Positions 30,603-41,868 of a DNA stretch of 64,000 nt are shown piece after piece. This stretch comes from Desulfatiglandales bacterium (GTDB taxonomy: Bacteria > Desulfobacterota > DSM-4660 > Desulfatiglandales > Desulfatiglandaceae), in NCBI GenBank assembly GCA_963666345.1, contig OY762721.1, positions 3,872,001 to 3,936,000 of the forward strand. The letters run 5' to 3'. The notes below the pieces were generated by a model, which did not search any database, was not told the DNA's origin, and saw nothing but the letters and a program-made list of their open reading frames with translations. The position numbers and the translations under genes are program-made. Within the stretch, counting starts at the first letter, position 1; each line of letters begins with the position of its first letter.

Positions 30603-32036
30603 ATGACTGTAGTCATCAAAGAAGTTGCGTATGAGTTGATTTGTGTGCCTGATTTTGTACGGTACGGATCGAAACCCTTTAGGGATATCCCGGAAAAGAG
30701 GGAGTTGTTGCAGGAGATAACAGATCACCTTAGGAACTATGAAGATGTTGTAAACTACCCACCCCATCAGGTCTTCATAGGCAACAAAACTCCTGATGAA
30801 CTCGCTGAAATTCCCAAACCGTGGTACGAGAATCTGAGCAAGGATGGCACGCGACAAGGACCATTTGGGGAAATTATGCCAGAGGATGAATTCTACGGAT
30901 GGATGAAGATCGCTGACGACTTCGATTTGATCTGGTTAGAGGCCGAGTTTGTCGATCAGATTAGAGATACCTTTGCCGTTCACCCATATATCGGTGAAGC
31001 CCAGGTGAGAAAACTTGGAGAAGGGAAATCCTTTTACAAGATAGAGGAGATTATTGATAAGGGGGAAGCGGTGCCTTTGTATTTTCAAGGAAAAATGGTG
31101 GGCTCCCTGCGGCGTGACCATGCCAAAGATGACACATTGAAGCCCCTTGTGCTAATGGAAAATCTTATGGCGAGGGCTTCTGGCTCGCTGGCGATGCTTC
31201 ATCTATTAACTAGGGCAGCGATTTCGCCAACGGAGGTAGATTTTGTTTTAGATTGTACTGAAACGGCCATAGGTGACAGGTACAATAGAGGTGGAGGTAG
31301 TATGTCAAAGGCTATGGCCGAGATGGTGGGTTGCCTGAATGCCACTGGAAATGACATACGGGCTTTCTGTTGTGCTCCCAATCACGCAATCATCAACGCA
31401 GCAGGTCTTGTGGAGGCCGGTATCTTCGAAACCGTCGTGGTAGCCGGAGGTGGTTGTTTAGCCAAGGTTGGCATGAAGTATATGGGGCATCTAAAAAACA
31501 ACATGCCTATTCTCGAGGATGTTTTAGGTGCTATTGCTTTTCTGATAACCAAAGATGATGGATATAGCCCAGTGATTCGATTGGATTCAGTGGGAAAGCA
31601 CGATGTTGGTGCAGGATCACCACAGCAAGCTATCATGACCTCTCTCATCATCAAGCCCCTCGAGAAATTAGGCATGAAAATGACCGATATTGATAAGTAT
31701 TCCACTGAGCTCCACAACCCAGAAATAACAGTGCCCTCAGGCAGTGGAGATACCCCCGCTACTAACTACAAAATCATGGGTGCTCTTGCTGCCTTGAATA
31801 AACAAATTGATAAAACGGAAATTGAACAGTTTGTCAAAGAACGGGGTATGTTGGGGTTTTCTCCTACACAGGGCCATGTACCATCTTCGGTTCCATTTTT
31901 AGGGCATGCAATTCAGGCGATGAAGAGGGGTGAGATTAATAATGCAATGTTCATAGCCAAAGGTAGCCTATTTCTTGGCCGAATGTCTCAGTTGTCTGAT
32001 GGATTATCATTTATCCTTGAGGCAAATCGTACTTAG
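30603..32036 (+). CDS. grdC: Reductase complex component C, beta subunit (FabH-like)
   Basis: YPPHQVFIGN, GDRYNRGGG, RAFCCAP, ELHNPEIT, PTQGHVPS, KGSLFLGRM. Confidence 0.92.
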   Translation: MTVVIKEVAYELICVPDFVRYGSKPFRDIPEKRELLQEITDHLRNYEDVVNYPPHQVFIGNKTPDELAEIPKPWYENLSKDGTRQGPFGEIMPEDEFYGWMKIADDFDLIWLEAEFVDQIRDTFAVHPYIGEAQVRKLGEGKSFYKIEEIIDKGEAVPLYFQGKMVGSLRRDHAKDDTLKPLVLMENLMARASGSLAMLHLLTRAAISPTEVDFVLDCTETAIGDRYNRGGGSMSKAMAEMVGCLNATGNDIRAFCCAPNHAIINAAGLVEAGIFETVVVAGGGCLAKVGMKYMGHLKNNMPILEDVLGAIAFLITKDDGYSPVIRLDSVGKHDVGAGSPQQAIMTSLIIKPLEKLGMKMTDIDKYSTELHNPEITVPSGSGDTPATNYKIMGALAALNKQIDKTEIEQFVKERGMLGFSPTQGHVPSSVPFLGHAIQAMKRGEINNAMFIAKGSLFLGRMSQLSDGLSFILEANRT

Positions 32037-32114
32037 TAATACAATGAAATTAATGAGATAGCCAATATTCATTTTTTTAGGTTGAAATACCACATCATAT
32101 AAGAAAATAGCGAT

Positions 32115-33083
32115 ATGGATGACTTCGAAGTTATTATAATTGGTGGAGGACCAGCGGGATTGACTGCAGGACTGTACGCTGCACGTGCTCATCTTAATAC
32201 TGTTCTCCTCGAGGCCAAAGTCCCTAGTGGTCAAGTAGCGATGGCTAATACCATAGAAAACTATCCGGGTTTCCCAAAGGGTATTTCAGGGGTTGAGCTC
32301 ATTGATAGGTTTGCCCAGCAGGCATTGGGAGTCGGCTTGACAATTCGTAAATTTAATATTGTAGAAAAAATGGAGCTGAAAAATGGTAGCAAGATCATCA
32401 CTACGGGGCGCGATAAATATTCAACGTCAACCCTTATAGTTGCAACCGGTGCTCAGTGGAACAAATTAAATATCCCAGGGGAAAAGCAGCTCGCCAATAA
32501 AGGAGTCTCCTATTGTGCAACTTGCGATGGTGCTTTCTTCGAAAATCTGGAAGTAGCTGTAGTAGGTGGAGGAGACACTGCAGTAGAAGATGCCCTCTAC
32601 CTATCTAAAATTGTCAGCAAGGTGTTTCTGGTACATCGTAGAGACAACCTGCGCGCTCAAAAAATATTACAGGACAGGGCGTTAAACAATCCTAAAATTG
32701 AACCTATTTGGGACACTGTCGTCAGGGAGATAAAGGGTGAGGAAATGGTGCGCAGTTTGCTGCTGCAAAACCTCAAAGATTCCAGCACTGCGGAATTATC
32801 GGTCAGCGGTGTTTTTATAGCTGTAGGCCAGCAACCAAATGTGGAATATTTGCGTGGTTTAGTCGATATGGATAAAACGGGCTATATCCTCACTGATGAA
32901 CACTGCGCTACCTCTGTGCCTGGGATTTTTGCTGCGGGAGATGTTCGAAAAAAAGATCTTCGGCAAATTTCCACGGCTGTTGGTGACGGTGCCATCGCAG
33001 CAATGGCAGCGGAGAGGTACATCGAGGAGCAGATACAAGATGAAATTGTTAGTCTAAAAGGAATAGAAGCTTCTCTTCTTTGA
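32115..33083 (+). CDS. trxB: Thioredoxin-disulfide reductase
   Basis: IIGGGPAG, SYCATCDG, GGGDTA, HRRD, FAAGDV. Confidence 0.95.
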   Translation: MDDFEVIIIGGGPAGLTAGLYAARAHLNTVLLEAKVPSGQVAMANTIENYPGFPKGISGVELIDRFAQQALGVGLTIRKFNIVEKMELKNGSKIITTGRDKYSTSTLIVATGAQWNKLNIPGEKQLANKGVSYCATCDGAFFENLEVAVVGGGDTAVEDALYLSKIVSKVFLVHRRDNLRAQKILQDRALNNPKIEPIWDTVVREIKGEEMVRSLLLQNLKDSSTAELSVSGVFIAVGQQPNVEYLRGLVDMDKTGYILTDEHCATSVPGIFAAGDVRKKDLRQISTAVGDGAIAAMAAERYIEEQIQDEIVSLKGIEASLL

Positions 33084-33186
33084 ATTGATTAACCAAGAAA
33101 ATAAGAGGGAATGATATTTATTAGGTGAACAGGGGCCAAATTTGAAACCAAAATACTCTAACTACATTAAAAGGGAGGGAAACGAT

Positions 33187-34134
33187 ATGAAAAAATTTGG
33201 AGCCTTTTTAGTCTTGATATTTTGTTTAGGCCTAATAATTTTGCCTTCAGAGAGAGCATTTAGTAAAGATCTATATGTGTCAATAGCAACCGGAGGGACG
33301 GGAGGAGTCTTTTACCCGGCAGGAGGGGCTATATCCGATTTAATCCGAAAACATTGTCCGTCGGTAAAAGGTGCTACTGCCGAAGTTACAGCTGCGTCTT
33401 TAGAAAATGTAAAACTCGTCAATTCGGGACAAAGTGATTTTGCAATGATGTCTTGGGTCGCTGTTGTATCAGCGGGCATGAAAGACAAAATACCAAACGT
33501 GAGGTCTGTCTTCTTGTTGCACGGAAGTCCACGTCAGTGGATAGTACTCGCAGATAGCAAAATCCACTCTCTTTTGGACTTCAAGGGGAAAAGAGTTGTA
33601 GTAGGTGCTCCCGGAAGTGCTACAGAAGAATGCTCTCGAGCAGTATTTGAATTGATTGGATTGAGTTTTGATGACATTAAGCCAGCATTTCTATCGTTTA
33701 GGGAAGGCGTAGAAGCACTTAAGGATAACCGTGTTGATGTGGCATGTGTCCAAGCGGGGTTTCCAACCTCGACGGTGATGGACATAAACACTGTGCGTGA
33801 TATTAGGCTTATTAACATTAGTAAGAAGAATTTAGAGAAAATAGAGAAGGCATTCCCTTCTATGCCGCCAATTACGATACCAGCGGGAACTTACCGTGGA
33901 CAAGATCAAGATGTTCATACTTGGAACACGCCGGGGCCGATGATTTGTAATAAGGATTTGCCGGAGCAAGCTGTGTATGAAATAGTCAAAGTATTACACA
34001 AGCATAAAGACTGGCTGGTAGAAAATGTACACAGGTTCTGTAAATATTGGGAATTTAGTCCGGTAGTTCAAAAATACTGTCCGCTTCACCCTGGAGCAGC
34101 GAGGTATTACAAGGAAATTGGGTTGTTGAAGTAG
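33187..34134 (+). CDS. TAXI-family TRAP transporter solute-binding subunit
   Basis: Signal peptide; IATGGTGGVFYP, TAASLENV, PLHPGAARYYKE. Confidence 0.93.
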   Translation: MKKFGAFLVLIFCLGLIILPSERAFSKDLYVSIATGGTGGVFYPAGGAISDLIRKHCPSVKGATAEVTAASLENVKLVNSGQSDFAMMSWVAVVSAGMKDKIPNVRSVFLLHGSPRQWIVLADSKIHSLLDFKGKRVVVGAPGSATEECSRAVFELIGLSFDDIKPAFLSFREGVEALKDNRVDVACVQAGFPTSTVMDINTVRDIRLINISKKNLEKIEKAFPSMPPITIPAGTYRGQDQDVHTWNTPGPMICNKDLPEQAVYEIVKVLHKHKDWLVENVHRFCKYWEFSPVVQKYCPLHPGAARYYKEIGLLK

Positions 34135-34543
34135 AAAAACAATGAGGGACACTGGATGTTAGCCTTTCCTATTTGTACTAACGCAGAGCTTTGATGAATA
34201 AAACATATTAATATTATATTAATGAGTTGTTTTTAATAGTGTTCTGTTCGTATTGATGGGTCGATTATTGGGGAATAGTGGCCAAAAGCCTTTTCATGAT
34301 TGGTAAGATTTTCATAAGGATGCGAAAAAGATGGAAAAGGAGATATATGATATCAATTTGTACTAATATAACCAGCGGAAACGCTAAATATTAAATAGTT
34401 AAGCTATCTAATGCTCTATGTCAGTAATTTATAGTTAGCATTTTAATTAAATCAAACAGACCTAAATATGTTAGGAAATAGTATAAATTATCAGAAATAT
34501 AATTGCTTATTGCATTGAATTTAATCTAAAATATTAAACGATA

Positions 34544-35086
34544 TTGAGTTTGAAAACAATGAAGCACTTTATATTTTTATTACTACTAATATTTAGTATA
34601 GCACCAGGCACTAATGTGTTTGCATCAGTGTGTGGCAGCGAATTTCATATAGAACTTATAAACCATTCCAAAGGCAATAGCCTAATATTGTCTATGATAG
34701 CATCTCCCGAGGATACATTCGAACTCAAATACATCCATTCTGTAGAGAAAACGCCTGTTTTTGAAATCTATAACTTTGATAGTAAGGGACAAATCTATCT
34801 AACTGAAACCACCGTGGAATCATCAGGTTACGGCCTGCCGTTGGCTGAAGATGGGGATAAGGTTGTTTATGGTGAAAAAACTATGACAATCACTGGAATG
34901 CACAAGAGAATCGATTGTTTGTTGATGAGGGTGAGTTATTTGAATGATATGTTCCTCTCTTTTTCTCTATGCAGCATTAACCTGCGTGATGTGGCTTGTA
35001 GTGGGGATCAGATTGAAATAAAAATAAGTGTTGCTGTCAAAAGGGAGATTTTGAATGAGGGAAGTTGCCAATACAGGTGGCGGTGA
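34544..35086 (+). CDS. DUF1850-family TRAP-associated protein
   Basis: YIHSVEKTPVFE...ESSGYGLP; lies between TAXI and fused permease. Confidence 0.75.
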   Translation: MSLKTMKHFIFLLLLIFSIAPGTNVFASVCGSEFHIELINHSKGNSLILSMIASPEDTFELKYIHSVEKTPVFEIYNFDSKGQIYLTETTVESSGYGLPLAEDGDKVVYGEKTMTITGMHKRIDCLLMRVSYLNDMFLSFSLCSINLRDVACSGDQIEIKISVAVKREILNEGSCQYRWR

Positions 35087-36998
35087 AAACGAACTTGCGT
35101 CAGGAGAAAAGGCTCAGGGTTTTTTGGGAAAGCTTATTTTTCTTTTGGGCATTGGAATGTCTTTGTTTCACATCTACTTCAGCACGATCGGTCTCATTTC
35201 GACAATAAGTGTGAGAAGCGGGCATCTAATTTTTGCCATGGCCATAATTTTTCTCTCTTACCCGCTGACCAAAAAAGGGGGAAAGGTGAGATTTATAGAT
35301 TGGCTATTTGTTTTTTTGGCCTGTATTAGTGGCTTCTATATTATCTTTATGTATCCAGAAATGCGATATCATATTGGAAATTTGACTTTAGCTGACAAAA
35401 TATGTGGCGTTATTTTAATTTTTCTGACTGTAGAAATTACCCGTCGAACCATCGGATTGTCGTTAACTCTCATCGCATTGGCAGCTTTAGCCTATGGTAT
35501 TCTTGGGCCTTATGTGCCCGGTATCTTAGGCCATCGCGGATACAACCTCTCTCGAATTATAAGTCAGATGTATTGTTGCTTGGAAGGCATTTATGGGATC
35601 CCCTTAGGGGTTATGGCGACAATGGTGTATCTGTTTGTTTTGTTCGGTGCATTTCTGGAAAAAACAGGGGCGTCTGAGTTTTTTATTGACCTAGCCTATG
35701 CTCTTACAGGGAAATACGCAGGAGGCCCTGCTAAAACTGCCCTTATTGCCTCTGGCTTAATGGGGTCGGTATCTGGCAGTGCGGTTGCGAATACAGTTAC
35801 AACGGGATCGGTGACTATTCCACTAATGAAATCGGTGGGGTACAAGCCTGAAGTTGCAGGAGGTATTGAAGCTGCAGCATCGACAGGAGGGCAGCTTATG
35901 CCTCCCTTAATGGGAGCAGGCGCTTTCATTATGTCAGAGTACACTGGAATACCTTATTTGACTATTATCACCGTTTCAGTAATTCCTGCCCTACTCTACT
36001 ATTTAACATTAGGATTTTTTGTCCACAACGCCGCAGTGTCTACAGGGTTAAAGGGGATGTCAAAAGAACAGCTTCCTCATTTAGGGAAGGTTTTACTAAG
36101 TGGATGGCATTTGTTTGTTCCTCTTGGAACTCTAATTTGGTTATTGGTAAGTGGATATTCGCCTACTTTCTCTGCTAGCATCTCTATTCTTGTATTAATT
36201 GTCGTAAGCATGTTTCGATCTAGTAGCCGATTAAGTGTACGAGACTTTTTCGAAGCTCTTGCAGCCGCCTCTAAAATGGCTGTACCTATTTCTGCCGCGT
36301 GTGCTGCTGCAGGACTTGTGGTAGGCATTGTTGGTTTAACCGGTCTAGGGCTGAAGTTTTCAACAATGATTCTAGAAATTGCTGGAAATAGTGTGTTTAT
36401 TGCTATGATACTTGTAATGTTTGCTTCGCTCATATTGGGGATGGGACTTCCCGTTACGGCCGCCTATATCATGCTTGCAGTTTTGGCCGTGCCAGCATTA
36501 GTTAAGTTGGGCATTACAATGTTAGCTGCCCATTTAATTGTATTTTGGTATAGCCAGGATTCTAATGTAACCCCACCAGTTTGTCTGGCAGCGTATGCAG
36601 GAGCTGGTATTGCAGAGGCTAATCCAATGAAAACCGGTTTTTATGCCTGGAAGTTGTCTAAGGGTTTATATCTAATTCCTTTCCTTTTTGCCTATCGACC
36701 TGAGATTCTGGTAACTCAAGGATGGTATCAAGCAATTATTATAGGGCTTCAAGGTCTCGTTGCACTAATGGCAGGTGTTGCCGCGTTAGACGGCTTCTTG
36801 TTTGTGCGCTTGAATATTTGGTATAGATTAATTTTAGGTTGTATATGCATAGTTATATTTTGCCCGAGTTTAACCTTGAGGCTTATAGGACTTTTCACAT
36901 TTTTTGGTATTTTTGTGTTTATGTTTATAGTCAAAGCTTATTCAAAAATGAAAGCTGAAAAGGGAGAAGAGTTATATGAGTCTTTAGTTAAACATTGA
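35055..36998 (+). CDS. TRAP transporter fused 4TM/12TM permease
   Basis: GGPAK, SGSAVAN, ASTGGQLMPPLMGAGAF, LGMGLP, TPPVCLAAY; highly hydrophobic. Confidence 0.95.
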   Translation: MREVANTGGGENELASGEKAQGFLGKLIFLLGIGMSLFHIYFSTIGLISTISVRSGHLIFAMAIIFLSYPLTKKGGKVRFIDWLFVFLACISGFYIIFMYPEMRYHIGNLTLADKICGVILIFLTVEITRRTIGLSLTLIALAALAYGILGPYVPGILGHRGYNLSRIISQMYCCLEGIYGIPLGVMATMVYLFVLFGAFLEKTGASEFFIDLAYALTGKYAGGPAKTALIASGLMGSVSGSAVANTVTTGSVTIPLMKSVGYKPEVAGGIEAAASTGGQLMPPLMGAGAFIMSEYTGIPYLTIITVSVIPALLYYLTLGFFVHNAAVSTGLKGMSKEQLPHLGKVLLSGWHLFVPLGTLIWLLVSGYSPTFSASISILVLIVVSMFRSSSRLSVRDFFEALAAASKMAVPISAACAAAGLVVGIVGLTGLGLKFSTMILEIAGNSVFIAMILVMFASLILGMGLPVTAAYIMLAVLAVPALVKLGITMLAAHLIVFWYSQDSNVTPPVCLAAYAGAGIAEANPMKTGFYAWKLSKGLYLIPFLFAYRPEILVTQGWYQAIIIGLQGLVALMAGVAALDGFLFVRLNIWYRLILGCICIVIFCPSLTLRLIGLFTFFGIFVFMFIVKAYSKMKAEKGEELYESLVKH

Positions 36999-37148
36999 TT
37001 TGTTTCAAGTTCCTATTAGAAGAAACGGTACGCTGTAACAATATGAGTGGAGCTACTTAAATTTTTTTAAATGGCAGAAAAATGAACTTAGCTTGGGTAT
37101 ATAGTTGGGATTGTAGAAATATTATTAAAAAATTCAGGAGGGATAATT

Positions 37149-37571
37149 ATGAAAAGATTTATCAACAGCAAGGCAACCCAATTTGCTCTAGTTTCGATGT
37201 TCTTTATTTTGGCGGTAATCTTTCATTGTTATGGAGTGCAAGCAGAAGCTTCGAGTACGCCTGCCTTTACTGGGGATGTGACATGGAAAGTCGATGCCGA
37301 AGTTGAAGCTACTCTTTTAAGCTGCGAGGTAAAGCCTTATAAGGGATGGAAAAAATCCGTATGTCACTTTGAATTAAACATTAAAAACAAGGCTGATCGC
37401 TCTTTGCGCTTTCGTGTAAGAATTATGTTATCAGAAGAAGGACTTGGATGTGGTGGGTTTGTGCCTCGTAAAACTAAACTTAAGCCAGGCGAAGAAATGA
37501 AAGTAGTATATCCTGTGAGATACGAGAAGATACCTGAGGCCATTGTCATTACTGTTAATACAGTAGAATAA
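37149..37571 (+). CDS. Hypothetical exported protein
   Basis: AGGAGG RBS, N-terminal hydrophobic signal, beta-rich body. Confidence 0.6.
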   Translation: MKRFINSKATQFALVSMFFILAVIFHCYGVQAEASSTPAFTGDVTWKVDAEVEATLLSCEVKPYKGWKKSVCHFELNIKNKADRSLRFRVRIMLSEEGLGCGGFVPRKTKLKPGEEMKVVYPVRYEKIPEAIVITVNTVE

Positions 37572-37891
37572 AAAACCAGGGTCATGAGATGACAGTTGCA
37601 TCTAGCAAAGTTATCGGTAACATGGTTGACTCTGAAACGCTTTTTATAACCAAGATCAACAAAGCCAGCATAGCCCCTCCAGTCATAACCATGAATGACT
37701 GTTGCATAATTTATGCGTCCTTTGATAGCCTATTGCAGTGTAGTTATGGAATGCTATGATGTTTTGAATACTTGCTTTTAACAGCCACAGCTAAAATTTC
37801 TACTACTTTTTAGTGCCTTGTACTAATCGGGGTATTTTATAAAACGCAACCGGCATGGTTAGCTAAAGTAATAAATACAAAGGAGTTGGGT

Positions 37892-39373
37892 ATGAGCTTA
37901 AAGGAAGTAAAGGAAAATTATGGAATGCTGAAGTTATTCATCAATGGGGAATGGGTTGAATCGGAAGCTACAGAAATAAATCAGACCGTAAATCCGGCGA
38001 CAGGTGAGGTTATTGCGGAATTCCCAACCGCAACCATGAAAGAAGCTCGATCTGCAGTTGATGCAGCGCATGGAGCCTTCAAGGAATGGAGAGAGATGCC
38101 TTTGCGAGATAGGGCAACATTGCTCTTCAACATGCGGGGAAAAGTTGTTGAAAAATACGATGAGCTTTGCCGTATCCTGACTCAGGATCATGGAAGGACA
38201 ATGGCGGAATCAAAAGGTTCGTTAAGCCGCGTTATTGAAAACATTGAGTCGGCGTGCTCTGCGCTCTACGGTTTGGTCAAGCGTAACGAGCATATGGATC
38301 AAGTAGCGACCGGTATTGACCAATATCTTATATGGGAACCGCTGGGCGCATTTCTCATCATAACTCCAAGCAATATTCCTATGCATGCTTGGTCATCTTT
38401 TGTTCCATATGCCATGGCGGCTGGCTGCACGGTCGTGGTGAGTCCAAGCAGACAAGATCCTGTCGCTGGGGAAGCTATGTGCAAAGTGGCACAAGAGGTG
38501 GGCTTCCCCCCTGGGGTGATAAACATGATCCACGGTGGAAGGGATATTAACAAGGAAATACTCCTCCAGCCTGAAATTAAAGGGGTTGGGTTTATAGGCT
38601 CTAATAGGGCAGGGTGGGAGCTGTTTGAATTATGCGGGAAACTTGGAAAGACTTCATCTATGAACGGTAATGGTAAAAACCACTGTGTTATTATGCCAGA
38701 TGCCGACGTTGATCAATCTGTTGAATGGCTTGTCAGGGCATGCTTTGGATTGACAGGACAGCGCTGTCTCGGTGTCGATAACGTAGTCATCATTGGGGAC
38801 ATCTACGATGAGGTAAAAACTAAGTTTAGAGAGGCTGCCGCAGCTATGAGGCTCGGATATGGACTTGATGAGGAAACTACACTTGGGCCAATGACCACTC
38901 AGACCGGAAAAGAGAAAGTGATCAACTGGATTGAGCAATCAGTCGCCGAAGGCGCTAAAGTATTACTTGATGGAAGAAATGTGCAGGTTAAGGACTATTC
39001 AGATGGATACTTTATTGGCCCCACTATCCTTGAAGAGGTGAATGTTGATATGTCGATGGCCAAAGAGGAGGCTTTTGGACCAGTGGCGAGCCTGATCCGA
39101 GGAGATAGCCTCGATCAGGCGATAGAATGGATTAACAGCAAGACAAATCTTGGACACTCTGCTTCCATAATGACCCAGGATGGTAAGAAGGCGCGTAAGT
39201 TTATCAGGGAGGTTAACGTGGGCAATGTTGCAGTGAATGTGGCCGTTGCTCAACCTTACGCATTCTTCCCACTGGGGTCTAGGAGAGAATCCTTTTTGGG
39301 TACTGCTAAATCGAGAATGTCTTCTATGAGGATGTTTATGGATGAAAAAACGGTTGTTTCGCGCTGGATATGA
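37892..39373 (+). CDS. Aldehyde dehydrogenase, CoA-acylating (methyl)malonate-semialdehyde dehydrogenase-like
   Basis: GQRCLG catalytic Cys; NGNGKNH in place of ELGGK (as in MmsA/IolA GAKNH); EEAFGPV; PYAFFPLG. Confidence 0.8.
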   Translation: MSLKEVKENYGMLKLFINGEWVESEATEINQTVNPATGEVIAEFPTATMKEARSAVDAAHGAFKEWREMPLRDRATLLFNMRGKVVEKYDELCRILTQDHGRTMAESKGSLSRVIENIESACSALYGLVKRNEHMDQVATGIDQYLIWEPLGAFLIITPSNIPMHAWSSFVPYAMAAGCTVVVSPSRQDPVAGEAMCKVAQEVGFPPGVINMIHGGRDINKEILLQPEIKGVGFIGSNRAGWELFELCGKLGKTSSMNGNGKNHCVIMPDADVDQSVEWLVRACFGLTGQRCLGVDNVVIIGDIYDEVKTKFREAAAAMRLGYGLDEETTLGPMTTQTGKEKVINWIEQSVAEGAKVLLDGRNVQVKDYSDGYFIGPTILEEVNVDMSMAKEEAFGPVASLIRGDSLDQAIEWINSKTNLGHSASIMTQDGKKARKFIREVNVGNVAVNVAVAQPYAFFPLGSRRESFLGTAKSRMSSMRMFMDEKTVVSRWI

Positions 39374-39422
39374 TTTTTGGGAGCGCTATTAGTTCTTAAC
39401 CAGTATAAATGAAGACATGTAA

Positions 39423-40367
39423 TTGAATAAAATCCTCAAATGTGACAAGGGAGTAAAAGAATTGGGAGATGTAATTGGGTTTATTGGTCTCGGCATAATG
39501 GGGATGCCTATGTCGAAGAGATTGCGAGAGACTGGTTATGAGGTGATTGTTTACGATATATCGTCAGAGCCTGTAGAAAAACTGGTTGAAGTGGGTGCTA
39601 AGAAAAGTGCGTCTCCAAAAGATGTCGCATGTCGAAGCGATGTGGTGATATCAATGCTACCAACGCCTACTATTACAAAGAAAGTCATCTTTGGGGAAGA
39701 TGGTGTCAATGCCGGGATTCGGAGAGGCTCAGTGTACATTGATATGAGCACATCTGACCCTTTGCTGACGAGTCATATTGCTGAAGTATTTGAAGAGAAA
39801 GGTGTGCGAACGTTAGATGCGCCAGTAAGTGGCGGAATAAAAGGAGCTAGAGAGGGAACCTTGACAATCATGGTTGGGGGATGTCGGGCTACCTTCGAGA
39901 GAGTTAAAGATGTATTGTCTTGCATGGGTAAGAATATCATGTACACGGGTAGGGTAGGATCTGCGCATACACTTAAAGTTATCAACAATATGTTATTAGC
40001 AATGAATATGGCCGCCACTTCTGAGGCTCTAGCCTTGGGGGTAAAAGCTGGGATTGAACCGACGATGATGCGAGATATTATGTCTGTTAGCTCGGGCAGA
40101 TCCTATGCCTTAGAAGTAAAAGTTAGAGATTTTGTTTTTCCACGAAACTTCGCTCCGGGTTTTACGGTAGATCTTCTAAACAAAGATATAGATATTGCTT
40201 TGAATCTTGGGAGAAGATTAGGAACCCCAGTGCTATTAGGAAACTCGATCAGACAATTGTATGAATCTTTAGTGGCTAAAGGGCAAGGGGGGAAGGATGC
40301 TTCTATCATTATAACCTTTTTTGAGGAAATGATGCATACGAAAAAAATCAAAGGCAAACCAAGTTAA
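39423..40367 (+). CDS. beta-hydroxyacid dehydrogenase (3-hydroxyisobutyrate dehydrogenase/GarR/sulfolactaldehyde reductase family)
   Basis: GFIGLGIMG, DAPVSGG, KVINN, KDIDIA; alternative TTG start at 39462. Confidence 0.9.
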   Translation: MNKILKCDKGVKELGDVIGFIGLGIMGMPMSKRLRETGYEVIVYDISSEPVEKLVEVGAKKSASPKDVACRSDVVISMLPTPTITKKVIFGEDGVNAGIRRGSVYIDMSTSDPLLTSHIAEVFEEKGVRTLDAPVSGGIKGAREGTLTIMVGGCRATFERVKDVLSCMGKNIMYTGRVGSAHTLKVINNMLLAMNMAATSEALALGVKAGIEPTMMRDIMSVSSGRSYALEVKVRDFVFPRNFAPGFTVDLLNKDIDIALNLGRRLGTPVLLGNSIRQLYESLVAKGQGGKDASIIITFFEEMMHTKKIKGKPS

Positions 40368-40587
40368 TGAGTGGTAAGAGAGATTGTTGATAATGGAATT
40401 TTTTCACCTGCTTTTTAGTGGTTTAAAGAGATTTAGCGGAACGGATAAACCATTAAGTGATAGAGCTGTGCATTTTTAGAGAAAAATTAAAAACAAAAGT
40501 GAATGAGGAGCAATCAAAGATTTATAGAGGACGCCGAGCCTGAACTTGAAGATGAACATATAAGTTTAATCCTACTGGAGAAAACAA

Positions 40588-41865
40588 ATGAAACTGAGTA
40601 GAGAACAAGAAGACATGCTGGCAGGAAATGAAGGCTATGGTGTGCAAAAGGCCATGGAGATCCTTACAGCTATGGGAGATGCAGTTGGAGCGGAAAAGAT
40701 GGAACGGATCACCTATGCCCACCTTATGCCCCCGGATCTCATGTTTTTCCCTTATGGTAAGCAGGGCGCATGGGCACATGACATGACTGCAGAGTTAACA
40801 AAAGACCTCAAAGGTTTCAAAGTTATCACAACTGTGGAACCTAAATTCTGTGATCTTTGTATTGCAAAGGACCTTCAATTCACTGATGACATAATAGAGG
40901 AAATGCACAGAATCCAAGGAAATGCCGTGAACTTCTATGAGCGGCTCGGAATTATGACTACCTATACTGCGATGCCTTTTCTTTATTACCAGACCAAACT
41001 AGGAGACCACGTAAGCATTTCTGAGTCAATTGCCACTCTGTGGTCCAATACTATGTTCGGCTCCCGTTGCGAGCGTGACGATGGTGTAACTTCTTTAGCT
41101 GCTGCCATAACTGGTTATATACCCCTATCGGGTGCCCATTTAGATGAACAGCGTTATGCCGAAGTGGTTATAAGACCTGGAGAAGATATCAGCTTTGCCA
41201 AGTTCAACGATGCGGACTGGGATGCCTACAGCCTAGCCGCTAGCCGCAAATGCAAGGAAAAGAGGCCCGTATTTGTAGGGTTACCACCTAAGCCCGGAAT
41301 CACGGCGCTGAAGCACCTTTTGTCGGTTATCGCAGTGGAATCGGGACTTGCTGTCATGCACATCGTAGGCATCACGCCGGAAGCTCCAACTCTAGAAGCT
41401 TCTTTGGCGGGGCACTCGCCCTTGGATGAGTGCATTGTCGGACAAAGGGAAATTGATGAAGCTTACCAGCTTGCCAATACGGCAAAGGGAAGAGACATTG
41501 ACTTCATTCTGCTTGGGTGTCCACATGTAACTATGAGTGAGATGAGAGACTTGGCTCAAACACTTGACGGAAAGAAGCTAAGCAAAGATGTCACCATGAT
41601 CGTCTCCACCACTCGGCTCCTGCTGGAACAGGCAGAGGATATGGGGTATGCCGATATAATCCGCAATGCCGGAGGCATCATGACCAGCGACATGTGTATT
41701 GCCTTTGCTGGATCTAATGTTAAAGGAACCATCGCAACCAATTCCATTAAGGCAGTGTTTTTCTATGCTGGTTTCTGTGCAAGCGCCCCGAACGAAGTGA
41801 AATTTGGAAGCATGACGGAATGTGCTCGATCCGCAGTGAGCGGGAAATGGGAAGGGAGGTTTTAA
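40588..41865 (+). CDS. Aconitase X catalytic (large) subunit, DUF521
   Basis: MKLSREQEDMLAG.EG, SES.A..WSNTMFG.R, HIVGITPEA, LGCPH, DMC, ATNS.K. Confidence 0.88.
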   Translation: MKLSREQEDMLAGNEGYGVQKAMEILTAMGDAVGAEKMERITYAHLMPPDLMFFPYGKQGAWAHDMTAELTKDLKGFKVITTVEPKFCDLCIAKDLQFTDDIIEEMHRIQGNAVNFYERLGIMTTYTAMPFLYYQTKLGDHVSISESIATLWSNTMFGSRCERDDGVTSLAAAITGYIPLSGAHLDEQRYAEVVIRPGEDISFAKFNDADWDAYSLAASRKCKEKRPVFVGLPPKPGITALKHLLSVIAVESGLAVMHIVGITPEAPTLEASLAGHSPLDECIVGQREIDEAYQLANTAKGRDIDFILLGCPHVTMSEMRDLAQTLDGKKLSKDVTMIVSTTRLLLEQAEDMGYADIIRNAGGIMTSDMCIAFAGSNVKGTIATNSIKAVFFYAGFCASAPNEVKFGSMTECARSAVSGKWEGRF

Positions 41866-41868
41866 TTT

